A stretch of DNA of 64,000 nucleotides from Pyrodictiaceae archaeon (GTDB lineage Archaea > Thermoproteota > Thermoprotei_A > Sulfolobales > WANQ01). The translations under genes were made by a program, and so were the position numbers. Below, one piece after another: positions 36,730-45,824 of the stretch. Position 1 is the first letter of the stretch, and the number at the start of each line of letters is the position of its first letter. Location of the stretch: assembly GCA_015521735.1 (NCBI GenBank), contig WANQ01000030.1:30659-94658 (forward strand). The letters run 5' to 3'. A model generated the notes under the pieces. The model made no database searches. It saw nothing but the letters and a program-made list of their open reading frames with translations, and was not told where the DNA came from.

Positions 36730-36898
36730 AACCAGTAAGTGTTGGTTGGAGGCTTGCTCGTGTGTTTAGTGTTTTCTTGGCTGGGTAGTCTTGTTTTCAC
36801 CTAGTCTTCCCACTACGTATCCTGTTGCTACGTGTTCTTGGTTTAAGGGTTTTGTTTGACTGGTTTGTTGGGTCTTTCTCTTCTCCTTAGGGGCTGCA

Positions 36899-37498
36899 TT
36901 GAGGGCATACTGTCTCCCCTTGATGGTGTGTTATTCTCTCTTGGTAGTGGTAGGGGCTTGCAGGGGCTTCTCCTGCAGGGTGGTCTACGCTATCCTAGTA
37001 CGCCTGTGTCTGGTGCCAGCGGTGTGGTTCCGGGCCATCAGAACATATATATTGGGGGGAGAGGTGGAGTCGCGTAGGTCTAAGGGTAGGGAGTTCAATA
37101 GTATACTAGTTGCTGTAGCACTGGTGCTGGTAGGGGTAATTGTAGGTATTGTAGGGATATACTACTACTATGCTAGGGGGCCCTATTCTCCAAGTGGTGG
37201 TAGCGAGTACGTTGTAGCTAGGGTTCCGAGAATACAGGTAGTTAATGTTTACGCTAAGGGGTATCTTAGGGGACTGGATTATAGGGCGAATGTTACGGCT
37301 GTTCTAGAGAACCTGGGGGATCGTGGATGCTATGCTAACGTATACCTCTACTGTACATGTGATGGTGTAACTAAGGGGGTTTACGACTACGTGTATGTGC
37401 CTGGGAGAAGCTATGCTTATGCCTACGGGGATGTGGATGTAGCTTTTTGGAGTAACTGTAGGTGTGGGGCAAGAGTAGAGGACATAGAGTGTCCCTAG
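36899..37498 (+). CDS. Hypothetical membrane protein with Cys-containing extracellular domain (start uncertain)
   Basis: TM helix ILVAVALVLVGVIVGIVGIYYYY. The C-terminal domain has CYANVYLYCTCDG...NCRCGARVEDIECP. The true start may be the in-frame GTG at 37064. Confidence 0.5.
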   Translation: MRAYCLPLMVCYSLLVVVGACRGFSCRVVYAILVRLCLVPAVWFRAIRTYILGGEVESRRSKGREFNSILVAVALVLVGVIVGIVGIYYYYARGPYSPSGGSEYVVARVPRIQVVNVYAKGYLRGLDYRANVTAVLENLGDRGCYANVYLYCTCDGVTKGVYDYVYVPGRSYAYAYGDVDVAFWSNCRCGARVEDIECP

Positions 37499-37619
37499 AC
37501 CTCTGGGGAGCACCCTCTTTGATTAAATAATATCTTTTTTCCTTCTACGCCTAGTGTTCCCTCTCCTCTCTCTTTATAAGGTTCTCTACTTGTAACAAGG
37601 TATTCAGAGGGTTGGAGGG

Positions 37620-38813
37620 TTGTCTAGTCTTATTCAGGCAGTGGATTCTTTGGCTAGGTTGTTTGCTGGTATTAGGGGGTCTATGGGCAGTATTGTTGTG
37701 TCTAGGGTTGAGAGGAGTTTGGATGAGTATGTGGAGGCTACTGGTGTTTCTAGGGCATTGGAGTCTCCGGGTATTGTGGGTTTGTGGGAGGGTGGGCGTG
37801 GATTTGATGGTGTTGTGGGTTATGTGGATTCTAGTTCGCGTAGCATAGGCTTTAATCAGTCGAGGTTCACCATAACGGGTTTAGCTGTTAGCGTTAATGG
37901 TTTAATAGAGTTTTCGCCCAACGTGAGCGGTGTCTTAGCTACTAGGTTTCTTGGTGTAAAGTCTGTTAGACCGGTGCTTGAGAGAGTTGAGTCTAGTGGT
38001 TTGGGGTTTACGGTTGTTAAGAGTGTTGTTGGCGAGTACTATGATGTAGACTATAAGGATGATAATATTGGTGATGAGCTTAGAATAGAGTTGGAGAACC
38101 GTGCGTTGGAGAAGCTAGGTGGAATGGGGAGTGTGGATGTAGTGGTAGTTGATGGGCCAGTATACCATGCCCAACAGATACTATTCCACGATAACTGGAG
38201 GGAGAATAAGTATGCTAGAGCATTCTATGAGCTATTAAAGGATAGGGTAAAGGTCTTAGCAAATAGTAGTAAACCCGTAGTGGGGTTTGTTAAGAGGGTA
38301 GAGTATAGCCGTAAACTAGCGAAATGTGATGAAGTAGTGGAGATAATAGAAAAAGCTATGGGTAGGAGGCCTTCACCGGAAACAACTGATCCATTGATAG
38401 TTGAGTATCTTGCTGAAACCTATGTAAAGCCTAGGCTAATGCAGTTAGTGGTGATAGGCCCACTTCTACTAGAGTACAAGAGGAAGCCTAGAGGACTAGA
38501 AGAACTACTAGTAGAGAAGGTGTACTGGTACATTGCCCGTAAGACGCCACGAGGATACCAGATTGCACGAATAGAGGTGTTGAGGAAGCACTGGGATAGG
38601 TGGAAGAACACTATCCTGGAAGCACTTGACTTGTTGTTAAGCTCTCTTAGTCTTAGGGGTGTTCCAGTAGGCCTAGAAATAGTGGATAGGGCTTCACGTA
38701 GGCTAACAGCACTACTCTACATGTTGTTGTATCAGAGGCTTGCAGGTATAATTAGCTTAGCCTACGATGAATACGGTAAAGTTAACGAGGTTTATAGAGA
38801 ACTAGTAGAATAG
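37620..38813 (+). CDS. nurA: NurA-domain nuclease
   Basis: NurA landmarks GYVDSSSRSIGF...GLAVSV, VDVVVVDGPVY and VVGFVKRVEYSRKL. 397 aa, immediately upstream of a HerA-type ATPase. TTG start. Confidence 0.65.
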   Translation: MSSLIQAVDSLARLFAGIRGSMGSIVVSRVERSLDEYVEATGVSRALESPGIVGLWEGGRGFDGVVGYVDSSSRSIGFNQSRFTITGLAVSVNGLIEFSPNVSGVLATRFLGVKSVRPVLERVESSGLGFTVVKSVVGEYYDVDYKDDNIGDELRIELENRALEKLGGMGSVDVVVVDGPVYHAQQILFHDNWRENKYARAFYELLKDRVKVLANSSKPVVGFVKRVEYSRKLAKCDEVVEIIEKAMGRRPSPETTDPLIVEYLAETYVKPRLMQLVVIGPLLLEYKRKPRGLEELLVEKVYWYIARKTPRGYQIARIEVLRKHWDRWKNTILEALDLLLSSLSLRGVPVGLEIVDRASRRLTALLYMLLYQRLAGIISLAYDEYGKVNEVYRELVE

Positions 38814-38837
38814 TATTCCTTAGAGGGTTGGCTGGCT

Positions 38838-40739
38838 ATGGGGTTTCAGGATGTTTCTGATAAGCTTAGGGAGTTGATTAGTAGTGCTGTGGAGTTGGCT
38901 AGGAAGTTATCGGTTGATGGTAGAGTTATTGGTAGGATTACGAGGGTTCAGCCAGTAGAGGTTGTTGAGGATAAACGTGTTGTCTCGATAGAGGTTTCGT
39001 TTAAGGAGTACTTGGACTATATTGTGGGTGGAGGAGTGTTAGGGCTAGGCTCTATACTTGGCATAGTTAACCCTATAGTTAACCGTATAGTGTTGGGTAG
39101 GGTTATTGGTTATAGGAGGGAGGATCTATTATCGGCTATGAGGATACCTGTTACCACTGTAATAGAGGATCCGTCAACGCTTCAAACACCACTAGTACTA
39201 GGCTTAGACCTGGTAGCTGAAGCAGAGATAGGAGACAACGGGCTAGGTGAACCACAGCCACCGACAACCCCTATTGAGCCTGGATCACCTGTGATAGTTC
39301 CTAAGCCATTCATAGCGAAGAAGCTCTTGGGTATACCAGGTGAAGGCGTGTTGTTGGGCTACTTGGTTACTGGTAGTATTGTTAGGAGAGATATTGATGT
39401 GAGACTACCGTTGAAGACACTATACCATCACGTACTAGTTATTGGTACAACTGGTAGTGGTAAAACAGTGTTAATGAAGAATCTAGCATTATCAATACAC
39501 TATGAGTACAGGGACTTGAATCCACTAGTAGTAGCATTTGACTTACAGGGAGACTACCTAACACTTGTGGAAGAGAATAGTGAGCTAGACCCCAGTGATA
39601 AGAGGTATAGTCCACTAGAGAGACTAACAGTAGTATTGCCGGTAACCAAGACCTTTCTAGAAGAGTTGAAGAAGAGCATAGATAGGAGTGTAGGGAGTGT
39701 TGAAGAGCTAGCAGGAGAGTTGGCTAGGAGGATAGCTGAGGAATATGTTGGTAAAACTTATCGTGACTACAGTATAGTTGGAGTAAACCCTAGCTTAAGG
39801 AGGGTAGATGAAGAAGACGTAGTGCTGGAGGCAGTAGACGTGGTTTTGGAGGGAGGGGGTAGAGAGTTATCCTTAACGATAATTCCGTGGAGTTTAAGGT
39901 ATGTTGATGTTAGAGGCCAGTTAGGAGAATTTATGCCCATGTTTACTGATCAAGCAAGACTATTCCTACCAAAACTATTGGAGAAAGCACGGTGGAGTAG
40001 GCTTGAGAAAATAGTTACCAATATAGGTAATGTTGAAGCAATAGCTAGTAGGGATTTACAGCTACATAAGTCTACTACAGCTAATATCCTTAGAGGACTA
40101 CTAGCACTAAACGATACGGGATTGTTCGATAACTATGTTGAATTAGATAAAACTGTTGGCCAAGGAGTCTATACGCGTAAGCCTCTTGTATGGATAGCTG
40201 AACCAGACTACAGGGTACTCTTCGAATTAGTAGCTAGTACGCTAGTAGTAGATCTTAGATGGGCTAACATGTATGCTACATCACCTTACACGCAGACAAT
40301 AATAGTTTACAGGGTATTGGAGAGGATATTTAACTGGAAGGATGAGAGGCTTAGAGAAGGAAAGACTACTAGGCCAACAATAATACTAGTAGATGAAGCA
40401 CACAACTACTTCCCACAGTCAATGAGAGAGAACTTTAGCAAGGATATAGTAGAGGCAACTATAAACAAGCTAACAAGACTTGGAAGGATTAGGAGGATAG
40501 GAGTAGTATTTGCAACTCATCAACCACAAGACCTAAACAACCTAGTAATCCAGTTAACTAATACCAAGGTAGCTTTTAGGAGTGATAAGAGGAGTTTAGA
40601 AGCAATAGGGCTGGGAGAATACTATGAAGTACTAAGAAACGCTCCAAGCGGATACACGGTGACGTCAAGCTACGCTATAAGAGCTCAGACAATAACAGTT
40701 CAAACACTGCCGCCACAAACAAGGCATCAGAAACCTTGA
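38838..40739 (+). CDS. herA: HerA/FtsK-class (DUF87-type) hexameric ATPase
   Basis: N-terminal barrel-like region, Walker A VIGTTGSGKTVLMKNL, Walker B PTIILVDEAHNYFP, and VVFATHQPQDLN. 633 aa. Confidence 0.85.
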   Translation: MGFQDVSDKLRELISSAVELARKLSVDGRVIGRITRVQPVEVVEDKRVVSIEVSFKEYLDYIVGGGVLGLGSILGIVNPIVNRIVLGRVIGYRREDLLSAMRIPVTTVIEDPSTLQTPLVLGLDLVAEAEIGDNGLGEPQPPTTPIEPGSPVIVPKPFIAKKLLGIPGEGVLLGYLVTGSIVRRDIDVRLPLKTLYHHVLVIGTTGSGKTVLMKNLALSIHYEYRDLNPLVVAFDLQGDYLTLVEENSELDPSDKRYSPLERLTVVLPVTKTFLEELKKSIDRSVGSVEELAGELARRIAEEYVGKTYRDYSIVGVNPSLRRVDEEDVVLEAVDVVLEGGGRELSLTIIPWSLRYVDVRGQLGEFMPMFTDQARLFLPKLLEKARWSRLEKIVTNIGNVEAIASRDLQLHKSTTANILRGLLALNDTGLFDNYVELDKTVGQGVYTRKPLVWIAEPDYRVLFELVASTLVVDLRWANMYATSPYTQTIIVYRVLERIFNWKDERLREGKTTRPTIILVDEAHNYFPQSMRENFSKDIVEATINKLTRLGRIRRIGVVFATHQPQDLNNLVIQLTNTKVAFRSDKRSLEAIGLGEYYEVLRNAPSGYTVTSSYAIRAQTITVQTLPPQTRHQKP

Positions 40740-40800
40740 TTGCATAATAGTTGATTTTACCTAGGTTAAGGGTTTTAGAGAGTGATTAAGCTATTAGGTG

Positions 40801-41559
40801 TTAATCCTTAAACAATACTCCTATGCCAGCCCATCCTTGCTTCCAGTCTTTAACTATTTCTACGTGCTTGTACTTGTGCTTTATTTCCGTCCAGAATCTA
40901 GGTACTCCGACAATGCCTTGGGGATCATATTTAGGGTCGTGGGGGGCTATGTCGTGGAAAGCTATTATGCCGTTTCTCCTAACTAGTGGTGAGTACATTT
41001 CAAAGTCTTTTCTAATACCTTCATATGTATGGTCTCCATCTATGAACAAGAAGTCTAGTTTTCCACTATCTAGTATTTTCTTGACTTCTTCAAGAGTCTT
41101 AGGGTTGTGGGAGTCTGCTCTTAGCAGGTATAGTCTTTGCCTTGGCTTCTTAAAGTACTTGTATAGAACTCCTCTCCACCTTGGATAACCTCCTCCAAAT
41201 AATCCTCCTGGAAGATCAATGCTGATCACGGTAGCGTCTTCTCGAGCTAGTCTACACCAAATGAATAGTGTACCGCCATGTGCAGTACCTATTTCGAGAA
41301 CGGTTTTGGGCTTAAGCTTGTCGACGAGTTCAGCGAGTCCTAGGATTTCCTCGTATACTTGAGCTGGCTTAATGTCAATGTAGGTATCGTGTCCTAGAAG
41401 GACACTTGCAATAGGATCCCTATACTTGAAGCTAAAGGCTAGGTCTACGACCTCCTTTGGGGAGGAAATATTATTGGATAACTTTTTGAGATGCCGGCCT
41501 GCTAGCCTAGCGATAAGCAAGTATCTTACAATATTGTAAACTGTTCCTGTAAGCCCCAT
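40801..41559 (-). CDS. Class I SAM-dependent methyltransferase (CmcI/Methyltransf_24-like)
   Basis: VLEIGTAHGGTLFIW (SAM motif I), VISIDL, and FLFIDGDHTYEGIRKDFEMY. Confidence 0.8.
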   Translation of the reverse strand: MGLTGTVYNIVRYLLIARLAGRHLKKLSNNISSPKEVVDLAFSFKYRDPIASVLLGHDTYIDIKPAQVYEEILGLAELVDKLKPKTVLEIGTAHGGTLFIWCRLAREDATVISIDLPGGLFGGGYPRWRGVLYKYFKKPRQRLYLLRADSHNPKTLEEVKKILDSGKLDFLFIDGDHTYEGIRKDFEMYSPLVRRNGIIAFHDIAPHDPKYDPQGIVGVPRFWTEIKHKYKHVEIVKDWKQGWAGIGVLFKD

Positions 41560-41698
41560 AAGCTATTCAACCCTAGCTATCGCTACAGCGTTTACACTAA
41601 GTAAAAATACTTACGGCCTAATTACTGTTCTATACGAGTTTTTCATGGAGTATTATTCAGGTTGGGTTGGAGTTAAGGGGTGTATTCTTGAATTACTC

Positions 41699-42904
41699 TT
41701 ATTCTGTTTGTGCTAGTATTTTTGGTGGTATTGTAGGTTTTCTTGTTTTTCTTAGTAGTTGGTTGTATAGGTTTTGGTGTCTTTGAGCCATTCGATGCCA
41801 TTGTGTTCTTATTGCGTAGCTGTATAGTGAGCTCATGTATGGTACTATTAGGTCGTAGTTCCTCGTTACTGTTTTTATGGTTCGTGCTAGTTGTTGTGGT
41901 TTTTCTGGTGGTATTGTTAGTCTTGGTGCATGCTGGTATAGTTCTATGAGTTTGGGTACTCTGGTTCCTATTATTGGTTTTAAGCTCCCCATTGATAGGT
42001 GTAGCATTCCGCTTACGCTGTAGAATTTTACGCTTCTGTATGGTAATACTATTATGTCTGCTAACGCGTTTAGTTGTAGTATTTCATCGTTTTCTAGGTA
42101 TCTTTCCCAGAAGACAAGATTTACTACTTTGTCTAGGGCTTCTAAGTGTTCTAGTACTCTTTTATCCCAGACTTCGCCTGCTACTATTAGTGTTAGGTCT
42201 TTCCTGGCTATTTTCATTATTTTTAGTGCTTCCAATAGTATGTCTAGTCCCTTATCTTTTTTGAGGAATCCTGGTATGACTGCTATTAGGCCGTTTATTC
42301 TTTCTTCTCTTAACTTTAGGTTTTCTAGTAGCTTTCTACGTGGGTACCCTAGGTATGGGTTTAGTAGTGTTCCATGGGGTATTCTCCATACTTTTCCTGG
42401 TTCTACTCCCTGGTTTCTTAGCTCGAATTCCTGTAGGTGACTGTGGACTATTACTGCGTTGTATTTGTTTAGTTTTTTCTGGAAAGGTATTGTTTCTGGC
42501 TCATTAGTGTATGGGTGGTGTACCGTGTGCATTGTTATTACTGTTTTATCTGCTAGTTCTTGTTGCTGTGCCCATTCAGTTATTCTTATTATCTCGTCAC
42601 TGTAGCCGTATAGGCTGTAGTCGTGTTGTATGTGTAGTATGTCTACTCTACCTATTTCGTCTAACACCTTCCTTATGTTTGCTAGATTTGATCCTCCTCT
42701 AATGAATGCTGGGTATATGTATGCTCCAGCGTACTCATCGTACCATGTTTCCTTCTTAACTGTTTTATCGGCTACAACGTATACTTCTATTCTAGGGTTA
42801 AGGGATTTTAGTGACGCTATTAGCATTCTAGTATACTCAGCTATACCGCAATGTGTTGGCGGGTATGTTGAGATAAAAGCTACTCTCATATCGGCTCTCC
42901 TCAT
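41699..42904 (-). CDS. Glycosyltransferase, GT4 (GT-B fold) family
   Basis: RVAFISTYPPTHCGIAEYT N-terminus. The C-terminal half has LIVAGEVWD...ADIIVLPYRS...SGMLHLSMGSLKPIIGT. Confidence 0.85.
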   Translation of the reverse strand: MRRADMRVAFISTYPPTHCGIAEYTRMLIASLKSLNPRIEVYVVADKTVKKETWYDEYAGAYIYPAFIRGGSNLANIRKVLDEIGRVDILHIQHDYSLYGYSDEIIRITEWAQQQELADKTVITMHTVHHPYTNEPETIPFQKKLNKYNAVIVHSHLQEFELRNQGVEPGKVWRIPHGTLLNPYLGYPRRKLLENLKLREERINGLIAVIPGFLKKDKGLDILLEALKIMKIARKDLTLIVAGEVWDKRVLEHLEALDKVVNLVFWERYLENDEILQLNALADIIVLPYRSVKFYSVSGMLHLSMGSLKPIIGTRVPKLIELYQHAPRLTIPPEKPQQLARTIKTVTRNYDLIVPYMSSLYSYAIRTQWHRMAQRHQNLYNQLLRKTRKPTIPPKILAQTE

Positions 42905-43017
42905 ATATTTTTCCGGGGTTTGCTAGATATCTACGTTGTCCTCTACAACCATGTTATCGGCTCATAGCCGTTCTACCTCTTTTTACTCCCCCTAAGTCAT
43001 TACTAGTACTTGAAGGT

Positions 43018-43635
43018 GTGTTGGCCCTGACGTCTAACTCATTGTTTTCTCCTAGTAGGCTTGGTAGTGTGGCTGGGTTATTTGATGAGGTTAGGCGTAG
43101 AAGTATTGGATTAGGTATTGCATCTATAGATTCTGTTGATGGTGTTGTCCTCTACTCTATAGCGTTTACTATTGCTTCTAGTAGGAGTAGTGTTCTCGTA
43201 CTTGATCTTGGAGCTGGTATAGGCTATTCTACGCTATGGATTGCTGCTGGTGTTGAAGATGAGTGTAGGAGTGGTTCGTGTAGTGTTGTTGCTGTTGAAC
43301 GTGTAGCTAGTAGGGCTAGGGAGATAGAATACCATGTTGGTAGGCTTGGGCTTAGGAAGACTAGGATTAGTGTTTGGGTAGGTGATGCACTAGTATTCCT
43401 TAAAGGACTAGACAAGGGGGTAGTTGACCTTGCATTCGTGGACGTAGATAAGGCATTGTATAAGGATGTATTAGAGCTACTTGAGGATAAGTTGAAGAGG
43501 GATGGTATAGTAGTATTCCATAACGCCTATTTTCCTACACCACCTAGTGAGTTCTTTAAAGCATTAGAGGATGGCTCATGGATTACTGGTTTTACTCCAA
43601 CAAGTACTGGCATGATTATTGCTAGACCAGCATAG
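43018..43635 (+). CDS. O-methyltransferase family 3-like SAM-dependent methyltransferase
   Basis: VLVLDLGAGIGYSTLWIA, VVAVER, and LAFVDVDKALYKDVLELL. Confidence 0.8.
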   Translation: MLALTSNSLFSPSRLGSVAGLFDEVRRRSIGLGIASIDSVDGVVLYSIAFTIASSRSSVLVLDLGAGIGYSTLWIAAGVEDECRSGSCSVVAVERVASRAREIEYHVGRLGLRKTRISVWVGDALVFLKGLDKGVVDLAFVDVDKALYKDVLELLEDKLKRDGIVVFHNAYFPTPPSEFFKALEDGSWITGFTPTSTGMIIARPA

Positions 43636-43870
43636 CAAGTAGTAGATGGATTAGCTTAGCTAAGTGAGCTTGACTTGTACGAAAAGGCTTTTAGAGTAGT
43701 CCAAGTTGTATTCTTTAACTAATATAGTGTTGGGAAACGCTTTTGCTAAGTGTTAAATAGTTTCCTAGAGAGATCTATTCTGTGTAGGTGCTCGTCTTTG
43801 GTTAGAGTTGGTAGGATAAAAGCTAGGAAGGTTAGGGTTGGTAGGATAAAGGGCTTTATAGGTGTAAGGA

Positions 43871-44287
43871 GTGGCGGTAAGGGTAAGACTCAGGATTATG
43901 AGGGAGGATAGGCGTTTAGATGTTGTTGCTCTCCTTAATAGTGGTTATGAAGCTGATAGCCCACAGCTCATGATACCTGTAGACCTAGCTAGGGTGTTAG
44001 GGCTATGGCCTCCACCACCATTAGCTCGTGAGGAGGTTTTTGAAACAGCTGGTGGGCCTATAAGGGTGTGGGTTGTTAGGAATGCTGCTGAAGTCAAGGT
44101 TATAGCGGGGGATGCTGAGTCTAAGACTGTTAGGGTAGATGTAGTGGTTTCACCTTTAGCTGATGAGCCCTTGATAAGTGATGTACTAGCTGGTGAACTA
44201 GAGTTAGCTGTTGAGGATTTTGCTAAAGGGTTGTGGAGGTTTAGGTGGGAGCCTAAGGAGAAGGTTAGAGAAAGTGAGAAGAAGTAA
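43871..44287 (+). CDS. Retropepsin-like (clan AA, archaeal small aspartic-protease-like) protein with Asn in place of the catalytic Asp
   Basis: The pattern VVALLNSGYEADSPQLMIPVDLARVLGL...ETAGGPIRV...EPLISDVL follows the v-alvDTGf...lp...a..LGL template, but reads NSGY. The start is GTG 43871 or ATG 43898. Confidence 0.45.
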   Translation: MAVRVRLRIMREDRRLDVVALLNSGYEADSPQLMIPVDLARVLGLWPPPPLAREEVFETAGGPIRVWVVRNAAEVKVIAGDAESKTVRVDVVVSPLADEPLISDVLAGELELAVEDFAKGLWRFRWEPKEKVRESEKK

Positions 44288-44416
44288 ACCATGTTTCTGG
44301 GTAACTTGGTTTTCGGGTTCTCTTAAACACTGTTTTGCTGTGAATGGATAGTGTTTGTATACTTATTAGTTAGCGTCTTAGTATTTTTAGGGTGGAGTTT
44401 TGCCTTGACTTCTAGT

Positions 44417-45817
44417 ATGGGTTTAGGTATTGACTTGGAAGACATAGTTAATACTGCGTTGAAGCTTGGTGCTAGTTGGGCTGATGTTAGGTTTCAAGAG
44501 TATCGTTACGAGTACATTGTTGTTGAGAATGGTGTGTTGAAGACTTATTCTACTAGTTTTAGCCGTGGTATTGGTGTTAGGGTTTTAGTTAACGGGTATC
44601 AGGGATTTGCTTCAACGAGTAGACTTGACTCTAACAGCATTGTTGAGACTGTTAAGCATGCTATATCTATTGCTAGGAGTAGTAGTCGTAGAGGAGTTAG
44701 GATTGAGTTGGAGGAGGTTAAACCTGCTAGGAGTAAGGTGTCATCTAGTTTCAAGGTCGACCCCTTCATGGTTGATCCTGAGGTTAAGGCTAAGCTTTTA
44801 TTAGAGTTGAACAAGATTGCTACGAGTATCGATGGTGTACGTGCTGCTACTACGAGTATGGGGTTGCAGTTTGATAGACGCGTATATGTTTCTAGTGATG
44901 GAGGGTTCGTTGACTTAACTGTAAGGCTTGTTGGGTTAAGTCATCAAAGTATTGCTGGTGAAGCTGGTGTTATGGAGCGTGTCCATGATAGTCGTTCTCG
45001 TGTTGCTGGCTACGAGTTTATTGAGAAATATGAGTGGGAGGGTCTTGTACGTGAGGTTTCAGAGTTAGCTGTTAAGGCTTCTAGAGCTAAGACCCCTCCT
45101 CCCGGCTCATATACTGTTATATTATCACCTGAAGTAGTTGGCTTATTACTTCACGAAGCTTTTGGGCATGCTAGTGAGGGGGATAGTGTCTATTCTGGTG
45201 CTAGTGTTCTTGCAGGTAGGCTTGGTGAGAGAGTAGCTAGTAGGCATGTCACCATAATTGACGAGGGCGTTGTTGAGGGTGGCTACTACCATCCCTACGA
45301 TGATGAGGGTGTTCGTAAGGAGAAAACCATTGTAGTTGAGGAGGGTGTGTTGAAGAATTATCTTACTTCTAGGGAAATTGCTTGGAGGCTTGGATTAAAG
45401 CCTACTGGTAATGCTCGTGCACAGGATTACGAGAATATACCTTTGGTTAGACAGACAAACTACTACATGGCTCCAGGAGACTATAGCTTTGATGAGCTAT
45501 TAGAGGGTGTTGAGAGAGGATTATATGTTACAGGTAAGGGTGCTACTGGTGGTGAAGTTAATCCAGGTACTGGGACATTTACTTTTGGTGTAGGTGTTTC
45601 ATGGATTATTGATAGAGGCGAGCTTAAGGAAATTGTTAGAGGTGTAAGTCTTAGTGGTATGATACTAGAGACTTTGATGGAGGTTGATGCTGTGGGCAGA
45701 GACTTAGAGATACGTACTGGTGTTTTCGGTGGATGTGGTAAGCATGGGCAAATGGTTAGAGTTGGTTTTGGTGGACCAACAATTAGGGTTAAGAGGATAA
45801 CTGTTGGTGGGAGGTGA
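44417..45817 (+). CDS. tldD: TldD-family metalloprotease
   Basis: HEAFGHASEGD (the HExxxH zinc site) and GGxxxPYDDEG. The ATG at 44417 (MGLGIDLEDIV...) is preferred over the GTG at 44351, which would add an atypical hydrophobic extension. Confidence 0.9.
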   Translation: MGLGIDLEDIVNTALKLGASWADVRFQEYRYEYIVVENGVLKTYSTSFSRGIGVRVLVNGYQGFASTSRLDSNSIVETVKHAISIARSSSRRGVRIELEEVKPARSKVSSSFKVDPFMVDPEVKAKLLLELNKIATSIDGVRAATTSMGLQFDRRVYVSSDGGFVDLTVRLVGLSHQSIAGEAGVMERVHDSRSRVAGYEFIEKYEWEGLVREVSELAVKASRAKTPPPGSYTVILSPEVVGLLLHEAFGHASEGDSVYSGASVLAGRLGERVASRHVTIIDEGVVEGGYYHPYDDEGVRKEKTIVVEEGVLKNYLTSREIAWRLGLKPTGNARAQDYENIPLVRQTNYYMAPGDYSFDELLEGVERGLYVTGKGATGGEVNPGTGTFTFGVGVSWIIDRGELKEIVRGVSLSGMILETLMEVDAVGRDLEIRTGVFGGCGKHGQMVRVGFGGPTIRVKRITVGGR

Positions 45818-45824
45818 AGCTGGG

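Noticed and set aside
36856-37077. 73-aa ORF overlapping the start of 36899..37498, and the 78-aa ORF 37612..37848 overlapping nurA.
   Set aside because: These are alternative frames of G/T-rich sequence (Gly/Leu/Val/Trp strings). The overlapping frames give more protein-like products.
41743-42926. Five plus-strand ORFs (41743..41949, 41974..42264, 42054..42440, 42511..42702, 42630..42926) covering the glycosyltransferase locus.
   Set aside because: They are antisense to a well-supported GT4 gene. Their composition is driven by the G/T-rich strand.
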